From contig CATNEN010000001.1 in the NCBI GenBank assembly GCA_950097015.1, forward strand, positions 16,678,001-16,742,000: a DNA stretch of 64,000 nt, given 5' to 3'. Positions 28,601 to 40,600 of the stretch are shown piece after piece (position 1 is the first letter of the stretch; each line of letters opens with the position of its first letter). The notes below the pieces were generated by a model. The model made no database searches, was not told where the DNA came from, and saw nothing but the letters and a program-made list of their open reading frames with translations. This stretch comes from Macrostomum hystrix (taxonomy: Eukaryota; Animalia; Platyhelminthes). Made by a program: the position numbers and the translations under genes.

Positions 28601-31600
28601 CACTAACCAACAGTCGGAATAGCCGATGTGTAGGCACTAGGAATAGGTTAGGCTAGGCTAGGGTTCGATTCTGCACTGCATCAAATCATTTAGACTAATT
28701 TTCAGCCAGTAGTGATTGAAGACTATTTTATATTATTTTTTTCATTTCGTAAATAAAATATCATAAATCATAGCACACCGGCTAAAACAGAGTGTGCTAT
28801 GGCTACACCAGAGTCTGAATCATGGCTACACCAGAGTCTGAATCATGGCTAAACCAGAGTCTGAATCATGGCTAAACCAGAGTCTGAATCATGGCTACAC
28901 CAGAGTCTGAATCATGGCTAAACCAGAGTCTGAATCAAGGCTAAACCAGAGTCTGGATCATGGCTAAACCAGAGTCTGAATCATGGCTACACCAGAGTCT
29001 GAATCATGGCTAAACCAGAGTCTGAATCATGGCTACACCAGAGTCTGAATCATGGCTAAACCAGAGTCTGAATCATGGCTACACCAGAGTCTGAATCATG
29101 GCTACACCAGAGTCTGAATCATGGCTACACCAGAGTCTGAATCAAGGCTAAACCAGAGTCTGAATCATGGCTACACCAGAGTCTGAATCATAGCTAAACC
29201 AGAGTCTGAATCATGGCTACACCAGAGTCTGAATCAAGGCTAAACCAGAGTCTGAATCATGGCTACACCAGAGTCTGAATCATGGCTAAACCAGAGTCTG
29301 AATCATGGCTAAACGAGAGTCTGGATCATGGCTAAACCAGAGTCTGAATCATGGCTAAACCAGAGTCTGAATCATGGCTACACCAGAGTCTGAATCATGG
29401 CTAAACCAGAGTCTGAATCATGGCTAAACCAGAGTCTGAATCATGGCTACACCAGAGTCTGAATCATGGCTAAACCAGAGTCTGAATCAAGGCTAAACCA
29501 GAGTCTGGATCATGGCTAAACCAGAGTCTGAATCATGGCTACACCAGAGTCTGAATCATGGCTAAACCAGAGTCTGAATCATGGCTACACCAGAGTCTGA
29601 ATCATGGCTAAACCAGAGTCTGAATCATGGCTACACCAGAGTCTGAATCATGGCTAACCTAGAGTCTGAATCATGGCTAAACCAGAGTCTGAATCAAGGC
29701 TAAACCAGAGTCTGAATCATGGCTACACCAGAGTCTGAATCATAGCTAAACCAGAGTCTGAATCATGGCTACACCAGAGTCTGAATCAAGGCTAAACCAG
29801 AGTCTGAATCATGGCTACACCAGAGTCTGAATCATGGCTAAACCAGAGTCTGAATCATGGCTAAACGAGAGTCTGGATCATGGCTAAACCAGAGTCTGAA
29901 TCATGGCTAAACCAGAGTCTGAATCATGGCTAAACCAGAGTCTGAATCATGGCTAAACCAGAGTCTGAATCATGGCTAAACCAGAGTCTGAATCAAGGCT
30001 AAACCAGAGTCTGAATCATGGCTAAACCAGAGTCTGAATCAAGGCTAAACCAGAGTCAGAATCATGGCTAAACCAGAGTCTGAATCATGGCTAAACCAGA
30101 GTTTGAATCATAGCTAAACCAGAGTCTGAATCATGGCTACACCAGAGTCTGAATCATGGCTAAACCAGAGTTTGAATCATGGCTAAACCAGAGTCTCAAT
30201 CATGGCTAAACCAGAGTCTGAATCATGGCTAAACCAGAGTTTGAATCATAGCTAAACCAGAGTGTGAATCATGGCTAAACCAGAGTCTGAATCATGGCTA
30301 CACCAGAGTCTGAATCATGGCTACACCAGAGTCTGAATCATGGCTACACCAGAGTCTGAATCATAGCTAAACCAGAGTCTGAATCATGGCTAAACCAGAG
30401 TCAGAATCATGGCAAAACCAGAGTCTGAATCATGGCTACACCAGAGTCTGAATCATGGCTAAACCAGAGTCTGAATCATGGCTACACCAGAGTCTGAATC
30501 ATAGCTAAACCAGAGTCTGAATCATGGCTACACCAGAGTCTGAATCATGGCTAAACCAGAGTTTGAATCATAGCTAAACCAGAGTCTGAATCATGGCTAA
30601 ACCAGAGTTTGAATCATAGCTAAACCAGAGTCTGAATCATGGCTAAACCAGAGTCTGAATCATAGCTAAACCAGAGTCTGAATCATGGCTAAACCAGAGT
30701 CTGAATCATGGCTAAACCAGAGTTTGAATCATAGCTAAACCAGAGTCTGAATCATGGCTAAACCAGAGTCTGAATCATGGCTAAACCAGAGTCTGGATCA
30801 TGGCTAAACCATGCAGAGTCTGAATCATGGCTACACCAGAGTCTGAATCATGGCTAAACCAGAGTCTGAATCAAGGCTAAACCAGAGTCTGAATCATGGC
30901 TACACCAGAGTCTGAATCATGGCTAAACCAGAGTCTGAATCATGGCTAAACCAGAGTCTGAATCATGGCTAAACCAGAGTCTGAATCATGGCTACACCAG
31001 AGTCTGAATCATGGCTAAACCAGAGTTTGAATCATGGCTAAACCAGAGTCTCAATCATGGCTAAACCAGAGTCTGAATCAAGGCTAAACCAGAGTCTGAA
31101 TCATGGCTAAACCAGAGTTTGAATCATAGCTAAACCAGAGTCTGAATCATGGCTAAACCAGAGTCTGAATCATGGCTAAACCAGAGTCTGAATCATGGCT
31201 AAACCAGAGTCTGAATCAAGGCTAAACCAGAGTCTGAATCATGGCTAAACCAGAGTCTGAATCAAGGCTAAACCAGAGTCTGAATCATGGCTAAACCAGA
31301 GTCTGAATCATGGCTACACCAGAGTCTGAATCATAGCTAAACCAGAGTCTGAATCATGGCTAAACCAGAGTTTGAATCATGGCAAAACCAGAGTTTGAAT
31401 CATAGCTAAACCAGAGTTTGAATCATGGCTAAACCAGAGTCTGAATCATGGCTACACCAGAGTCTGAATCATGGCTCATAGCTAAACCAGAGTCTGAATC
31501 ATGGCTAAACCAGAGTCTGAATCATGGCTAAACCAGAGTCTGAATCATGGCTACACCAGAGTCTGAATCATGGCTAAACCAGAGTTTAAATCATAGCTAA

Positions 31601-34600
31601 ACCAGCGTCTGAATCATGGCTAAACCAGAGTTTGAATCATAGCTAAACCAGAGTCTGAATCATGGCTAAACCAGAGTCTGAATCATGGCTAAACCAGAGT
31701 CTGGATCATGGCTAAACCATGCAGAGTCTGAATCATGGCTACACCAGAGTCTGAATCATGGCTAAACCAGAGTCTGAATCAAGGCTAAACCAGAGTCTGA
31801 ATCATGGCTACACCAGAGTCTGAATCATGGCTAAACCAGAGTCTGAATCATGGCTAAACCAGAGTCTGAATCATGGCTAAACCAGAGTCTGAATCAAGGC
31901 TAAACCAGAGTCTGAATCATGGCTAAACCAGAGTTTGAATCATAGCTAAACCAGAGTCTGAATCATGGCTAAACCAGAGTCTGAATCATGGCTAAACCAG
32001 AGTCTGAATCATGGCTAAACCAGAGTCTGAATCAAGGCTAAACCAGAGTCTGAATCATGGCTAAACCAGAGTCTGAATCAAGGCTAAACCAGAGTCTGAA
32101 TCATGGCTAAACCAGAGTCTGAATCATGGCTACACCAGAGTCTGAATCATGGCTAAACCAGAGTTTGAATCATGGCTAAACCAGAGTCTCAATCATGGCT
32201 AAACCAGAGTCTGAATCAAGGCTAAACCAGAGTCTGAATCATGGCTAAACCAGAGTTTGAATCATAGCTAAACCAGAGTCTGAATCATGGCTAAACCAGA
32301 GTCTGAATCATGGCTAAACCAGAGTCTGAATCATGGCTAAACCAGAGTCTGAATCAAGGCTAAACCAGAGTCTGAATCATGGCTAAACCAGAGTCTGAAT
32401 CAAGGCTAAACCAGAGTCTGAATCATGGCTAAACCAGAGTCTGAATCATGGCTACACCAGAGTCTGAATCATAGCTAAACCAGAGTCTGAATCATGGCTA
32501 AACCAGAGTTTGAATCATGGCAAAACCAGAGTTTGAATCATAGCTAAACCAGAGTTTGAATCATGGCTAAACCAGAGTCTGAATCATGGCTACACCAGAG
32601 TCTGAATCATGGCTCATAGCTAAACCAGAGTCTGAATCATGGCTAAACCAGAGTCTGAATCATGGCTAAACCAGAGTCTGAATCATGGCTACACCAGAGT
32701 CTGAATCATGGCTAAACCAGAGTTTAAATCATAGCTAAACCAGCGTCTGAATCATGGCTAAACCAGAGTTTGAATCATAGCTAAACCAGCGTCTGAATCA
32801 TGGCTAAACTAGATTCTGAATCATGGCTAAACCAGAGTTTGAATCATGGCTAAACCAGAGTTTGAATCATGGCTAACCCAGCGTTTGAATCATAGCTAAA
32901 CCAGAACTGGTGGATAATCGTCAACTGGGGGATCATGGTAAACTGGGGGATAATTGTCAACTGGGGGATCATTGTCAACTGGAGGATCATTGGCAACTGG
33001 GGGATAATTGTCAACTGGGGGATAATTGTCACGGGGAAACATCACCAAATGCGGGATCATAATCAACTAGGGGATCATTGTCAACTAGGGGATCATGTTC
33101 AACTGCGGGAACATTGTCAACTGGGATCACCATCAATGGGGGATCATAGTCAACTGAGAGATAATTGTCGACTGGGGGATAATCGTCAACTGGGGGATCA
33201 TGGTCAACTGGAGGATCATTGTCAACGGGGGGATAATTGTCAACTGGGGGATAATTGTCAACTGGGGAGTCATCATCAAATGCGGGATCATGGTTAACTG
33301 GGGGATAATTGTCAACTGGGGGATCATTGTCAACTGGGAGATCATTGTCAATGTCAACTGGGGGATCATTGTCAACTGGGGATCATTGTCAACTGGGGGT
33401 TTATCATCACCCGGAGGATCATTGTGAACTGGGGGGATCATTGTCAACTTGTTGATCATCATCAACTGGGGGATCATTGTCAACTGTGGGAACATTGTCA
33501 ACTGGGGGAACGTTGTCAACTGGAGATTATCATCAATGGGGAGTCATCATTAACTGGGGGATCATTGTCAACTGCGTGATCATCATCAATTGGGGGATTA
33601 TTGTCAACTCGGGGATCATTGTCAGCTGTGGGAACATTGTCAACTGGGGATCATCATCAATGGGGAGTCATCATTAACTGGGGGATCATTGTCAACTGCG
33701 TGATCATCATCAATTGAGGGATTATTGTCAACTGGGGGATCATAATCAACTGCGTGATCATCATCAATTGGGGGATTATTGTCAACGGGGGGATCATTGT
33801 CAACTGGGGGATCATTGTCAACTGGGGGATTATTGTCAACTGGGGGATCTTTATCAACTGGGGGATCATTGTCAACTGATCATTGTAGCGTAAAAAGGCT
33901 GAAAATGCAGCTGCTAAAAAGTGTATACTGGACGAAATCAAAATATTTCTGCTCCCCGAAGGGGGGCAAAACTTGCTAGTCATTTAGACTAATTTTCAGC
34001 CAGTAGTGATTGAAGACTATTTTATATTATTTTTTTCATTTCGTAAATAAAATATCATAAATCATAGCACACCGGCTAAAACAGAGTGTGCTATGGCTAC
34101 ACCAGAGTCTGAATCATGGCTACACCAGAGTCTGAATCATGGCTAAACCAGAGTCTGAATCATGGCTAAACCAGAGTCTGAATCATGGCTACACCAGAGT
34201 CTGAATCATGGCTAAACCAGAGTCTGAATCAAGGCTAAACCAGAGTCTGGATCATGGCTAAACCAGAGTCTGAATCATGGCTACACCAGAGTCTGAATCA
34301 TGGCTAAACCAGAGTCTGAATCATGGCTACACCAGAGTCTGAATCATGGCTAAACCAGAGTCTGAATCATGGCTACACCAGAGTCTGAATCATGGCTACA
34401 CCAGAGTCTGAATCATGGCTACACCAGAGTCTGAATCAAGGCTAAACCAGAGTCTGAATCATGGCTACACCAGAGTCTGAATCATAGCTAAACCAGAGTC
34501 TGAATCATGGCTACACCAGAGTCTGAATCAAGGCTAAACCAGAGTCTGAATCATGGCTACACCAGAGTCTGAATCATGGCTAAACCAGAGTCTGAATCAT

Positions 34601-37600
34601 GGCTAAACGAGAGTCTGGATCATGGCTAAACCAGAGTCTGAATCATGGCTAAACCAGAGTCTGAATCATGGCTACACCAGAGTCTGAATCATGGCTAAAC
34701 CAGAGTCTGAATCATGGCTAAACCAGAGTCTGAATCATGGCTACACCAGAGTCTGAATCATGGCTAAACCAGAGTCTGAATCAAGGCTAAACCAGAGTCT
34801 GGATCATGGCTAAACCAGAGTCTGAATCATGGCTACACCAGAGTCTGAATCATGGCTAAACCAGAGTCTGAATCATGGCTACACCAGAGTCTGAATCATG
34901 GCTAAACCAGAGTCTGAATCATGGCTACACCAGAGTCTGAATCATGGCTAACCTAGAGTCTGAATCATGGCTAAACCAGAGTCTGAATCAAGGCTAAACC
35001 AGAGTCTGAATCATGGCTACACCAGAGTCTGAATCATAGCTAAACCAGAGTCTGAATCATGGCTACACCAGAGTCTGAATCAAGGCTAAACCAGAGTCTG
35101 AATCATGGCTACACCAGAGTCTGAATCATGGCTAAACCAGAGTCTGAATCATGGCTAAACGAGAGTCTGGATCATGGCTAAACCAGAGTCTGAATCATGG
35201 CTAAACCAGAGTCTGAATCATGGCTAAACCAGAGTCTGAATCATGGCTAAACCAGAGTCTGAATCATGGCTAAACCAGAGTCTGAATCAAGGCTAAACCA
35301 GAGTCTGAATCATGGCTAAACCAGAGTCTGAATCAAGGCTAAACCAGAGTCAGAATCATGGCTAAACCAGAGTCTGAATCATGGCTAAACCAGAGTTTGA
35401 ATCATAGCTAAACCAGAGTCTGAATCATGGCTACACCAGAGTCTGAATCATGGCTAAACCAGAGTTTGAATCATGGCTAAACCAGAGTCTCAATCATGGC
35501 TAAACCAGAGTCTGAATCATGGCTAAACCAGAGTTTGAATCATAGCTAAACCAGAGTGTGAATCATGGCTAAACCAGAGTCTGAATCATGGCTACACCAG
35601 AGTCTGAATCATGGCTACACCAGAGTCTGAATCATGGCTACACCAGAGTCTGAATCATAGCTAAACCAGAGTCTGAATCATGGCTAAACCAGAGTCAGAA
35701 TCATGGCAAAACCAGAGTCTGAATCATGGCTACACCAGAGTCTGAATCATGGCTAAACCAGAGTCTGAATCATGGCTACACCAGAGTCTGAATCATAGCT
35801 AAACCAGAGTCTGAATCATGGCTACACCAGAGTCTGAATCATGGCTAAACCAGAGTTTGAATCATAGCTAAACCAGAGTCTGAATCATGGCTAAACCAGA
35901 GTTTGAATCATAGCTAAACCAGAGTCTGAATCATGGCTAAACCAGAGTCTGAATCATAGCTAAACCAGAGTCTGAATCATGGCTAAACCAGAGTCTGAAT
36001 CATGGCTAAACCAGAGTTTGAATCATAGCTAAACCAGAGTCTGAATCATGGCTAAACCAGAGTCTGAATCATGGCTAAACCAGAGTCTGGATCATGGCTA
36101 AACCATGCAGAGTCTGAATCATGGCTACACCAGAGTCTGAATCATGGCTAAACCAGAGTCTGAATCAAGGCTAAACCAGAGTCTGAATCATGGCTACACC
36201 AGAGTCTGAATCATGGCTAAACCAGAGTCTGAATCATGGCTAAACCAGAGTCTGAATCATGGCTAAACCAGAGTCTGAATCAAGGCTAAACCAGAGTCTG
36301 AATCATGGCTAAACCAGAGTTTGAATCATAGCTAAACCAGAGTCTGAATCATGGCTAAACCAGAGTCTGAATCATGGCTAAACCAGAGTCTGAATCATGG
36401 CTAAACCAGAGTCTGAATCAAGGCTAAACCAGAGTCTGAATCATGGCTAAACCAGAGTCTGAATCAAGGCTAAACCAGAGTCTGAATCATGGCTAAACCA
36501 GAGTCTGAATCATGGCTACACCAGAGTCTGAATCATGGCTAAACCAGAGTTTGAATCATGGCTAAACCAGAGTCTCAATCATGGCTAAACCAGAGTCTGA
36601 ATCAAGGCTAAACCAGAGTCTGAATCATGGCTAAACCAGAGTTTGAATCATAGCTAAACCAGAGTCTGAATCATGGCTAAACCAGAGTCTGAATCATGGC
36701 TAAACCAGAGTCTGAATCATGGCTAAACCAGAGTCTGAATCAAGGCTAAACCAGAGTCTGAATCATGGCTAAACCAGAGTCTGAATCAAGGCTAAACCAG
36801 AGTCTGAATCATGGCTAAACCAGAGTCTGAATCATGGCTACACCAGAGTCTGAATCATAGCTAAACCAGAGTCTGAATCATGGCTAAACCAGAGTTTGAA
36901 TCATGGCAAAACCAGAGTTTGAATCATAGCTAAACCAGAGTTTGAATCATGGCTAAACCAGAGTCTGAATCATGGCTACACCAGAGTCTGAATCATGGCT
37001 CATAGCTAAACCAGAGTCTGAATCATGGCTAAACCAGAGTCTGAATCATGGCTAAACCAGAGTCTGAATCATGGCTACACCAGAGTCTGAATCATGGCTA
37101 AACCAGAGTTTAAATCATAGCTAAACCAGCGTCTGAATCATGGCTAAACCAGAGTTTGAATCATAGCTAAACCAGAGTCTGAATCATGGCTAAACCAGAG
37201 TCTGAATCATGGCTAAACCAGAGTCTGGATCATGGCTAAACCATGCAGAGTCTGAATCATGGCTACACCAGAGTCTGAATCATGGCTAAACCAGAGTCTG
37301 AATCAAGGCTAAACCAGAGTCTGAATCATGGCTACACCAGAGTCTGAATCATGGCTAAACCAGAGTCTGAATCATGGCTAAACCAGAGTCTGAATCATGG
37401 CTAAACCAGAGTCTGAATCAAGGCTAAACCAGAGTCTGAATCATGGCTAAACCAGAGTTTGAATCATAGCTAAACCAGAGTCTGAATCATGGCTAAACCA
37501 GAGTCTGAATCATGGCTAAACCAGAGTCTGAATCATGGCTAAACCAGAGTCTGAATCAAGGCTAAACCAGAGTCTGAATCATGGCTAAACCAGAGTCTGA

Positions 37601-40600
37601 ATCAAGGCTAAACCAGAGTCTGAATCATGGCTAAACCAGAGTCTGAATCATGGCTACACCAGAGTCTGAATCATGGCTAAACCAGAGTTTGAATCATGGC
37701 TAAACCAGAGTCTCAATCATGGCTAAACCAGAGTCTGAATCAAGGCTAAACCAGAGTCTGAATCATGGCTAAACCAGAGTTTGAATCATAGCTAAACCAG
37801 AGTCTGAATCATGGCTAAACCAGAGTCTGAATCATGGCTAAACCAGAGTCTGAATCATGGCTAAACCAGAGTCTGAATCAAGGCTAAACCAGAGTCTGAA
37901 TCATGGCTAAACCAGAGTCTGAATCAAGGCTAAACCAGAGTCTGAATCATGGCTAAACCAGAGTCTGAATCATGGCTACACCAGAGTCTGAATCATAGCT
38001 AAACCAGAGTCTGAATCATGGCTAAACCAGAGTTTGAATCATGGCAAAACCAGAGTTTGAATCATAGCTAAACCAGAGTTTGAATCATGGCTAAACCAGA
38101 GTCTGAATCATGGCTACACCAGAGTCTGAATCATGGCTCATAGCTAAACCAGAGTCTGAATCATGGCTAAACCAGAGTCTGAATCATGGCTAAACCAGAG
38201 TCTGAATCATGGCTACACCAGAGTCTGAATCATGGCTAAACCAGAGTTTAAATCATAGCTAAACCAGCGTCTGAATCATGGCTAAACCAGAGTTTGAATC
38301 ATAGCTAAACCAGCGTCTGAATCATGGCTAAACTAGATTCTGAATCATGGCTAAACCAGAGTTTGAATCATGGCTAAACCAGAGTTTGAATCATGGCTAA
38401 CCCAGCGTTTGAATCATAGCTAAACCAGAACTGGTGGATAATCGTCAACTGGGGGATCATGGTAAACTGGGGGATAATTGTCAACTGGGGGATCATTGTC
38501 AACTGGAGGATCATTGGCAACTGGGGGATAATTGTCAACTGGGGGATAATTGTCACGGGGAAACATCACCAAATGCGGGATCATAATCAACTAGGGGATC
38601 ATTGTCAACTAGGGGATCATGTTCAACTGCGGGAACATTGTCAACTGGGATCACCATCAATGGGGGATCATAGTCAACTGAGAGATAATTGTCGACTGGG
38701 GGATAATCGTCAACTGGGGGATCATGGTCAACTGGAGGATCATTGTCAACGGGGGGATAATTGTCAACTGGGGGATAATTGTCAACTGGGGAGTCATCAT
38801 CAAATGCGGGATCATGGTTAACTGGGGGATAATTGTCAACTGGGGGATCATTGTCAACTGGGAGATCATTGTCAATGTCAACTGGGGGATCATTGTCAAC
38901 TGGGGATCATTGTCAACTGGGGGTTTATCATCACCCGGAGGATCATTGTGAACTGGGGGGATCATTGTCAACTTGTTGATCATCATCAACTGGGGGATCA
39001 TTGTCAACTGTGGGAACATTGTCAACTGGGGGAACGTTGTCAACTGGAGATTATCATCAATGGGGAGTCATCATTAACTGGGGGATCATTGTCAACTGCG
39101 TGATCATCATCAATTGGGGGATTATTGTCAACTCGGGGATCATTGTCAGCTGTGGGAACATTGTCAACTGGGGATCATCATCAATGGGGAGTCATCATTA
39201 ACTGGGGGATCATTGTCAACTGCGTGATCATCATCAATTGAGGGATTATTGTCAACTGGGGGATCATAATCAACTGCGTGATCATCATCAATTGGGGGAT
39301 TATTGTCAACGGGGGGATCATTGTCAACTGGGGGATCATTGTCAACTGGGGGATTATTGTCAACTGGGGGATCTTTATCAACTGGGGGATCATTGTCAAC
39401 TGATCATTGTAGCGTAAAAAGGCTGAAAATGCAGCTGCTAAAAAGTGTATACTGGACGAAATCAAAATATTTCTGCTCCCCGAAGGGGGGCAAAACTTGC
39501 TAGTAAAAAATCTAAATATAATTATCTGATAACTATCTAAAATAATGATAAGAATTAGGAGAAAAATCACAAATCTATTGGAAAAAATGCATTTAATAAA
39601 GAAATAATTTCTAGTAATCAGCTTTCATTCAGTTAAATAGCTGCCTTACATCTCTTAATTAAAAATTAGATATATGCATTTAATTAACCTCAAAACAATG
39701 TTAGTAACTAGTTTTACTGGATGGCGCGTTTCAGCTCCAAACTTGGCGTATATTTTGCAATTGAAAAAACTGCAGGATTAGCTTGTATTAGATTACTAAC
39801 TTCAAATTAGTACGAGCACTTGTAAAGCAATGGTATCAGCGGAAATATTTTATTTCTTCCAGCTAGTAGCAAACATACTAACCGCAATTGCGCTTTTTAC
39901 ATGGTAAATAAGAGTACACAGTGCTGCATTTTATATAAAAGAATGTGTAGTAAATTAATGTAACGGCTGTAATGTAATGTAAATTAATTGCCGGTGGTAA
40001 TATTATACTCACAGACATTTTATAATTTATTCTTAACAGACAATTTACATAGAAACTTTACATCGAACTTGTAAATTGTTTATTTAGAAGTCTAAAGCGC
40101 AGATGTACAATGCCAATTTTACAAGAATGCCAATTGTAAAAAGCAGGCGACGTCGAGGGATTCCCGGTAAATAAGACGTTCTATAAATAGCCACAAGTAG
40201 GACCCTCTCGACCAATCGAATTTCGTTATCTCGCCACGCTATTTACTCGTAGAAGATTAGCCAACCGCTCCGTTCTCTCGTCTCTCTCTTCGCCCCTATG
40301 GAATCCGAACGCGCTGCGCATTCTGCACACTTACGACGAGGCATCGGCTGCGGCATCGGGCAAGTCGTCTATAGCCGGCGTCACAGTTTTCCCGTTTGTC
40401 GACCCGTCGACAACGCCGGCCGCTACGACGACATCGGCGGCGCCGACAACAATATCGGCGGAGTCTGTCAACGGCAGCGGAGCAGGCGGCAGAGGCGGCT
40501 TGGGTGACAAAAAGCTGCGAATCTCCTACAAGGCTTCAAAAGGCGACAATGCGCCGCACCAGTCACCAGAAGAGGATCCGGCAGTGGTAAACCTAGAATG

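Larger units (their letters stand above)
28184..33979 (+). mobile_element. Non-autonomous Helitron, long family, copy 3 (complete, nested in copy 2)
   Basis: TCCTCCACTATACT start and hairpin plus CTAG end at 33979. Confidence 0.88.
27358..39503 (+). mobile_element. Non-autonomous Helitron, long family, copy 2 (27358-27856 plus 33980-39503), interrupted by nested insertions
   Basis: Begins TCCACTATACT directly after the copy 1 CTAG. Breaks at gcatcaaa| (27856), resumes at |tcatttagact (33980), and ends CTAG|t at 39503. Confidence 0.85.

Noticed and set aside
16901-38430. CRISPR array
   Set aside because: The monomers are contiguous with no unique spacers, there are no cas genes, and the context is a eukaryotic intron.
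26228-39570. Repetitive ORFs (GDHCQL, WGIIVN, MIPQLT)
   Set aside because: They are translations of the 18-bp minisatellite, open in several frames on both strands.
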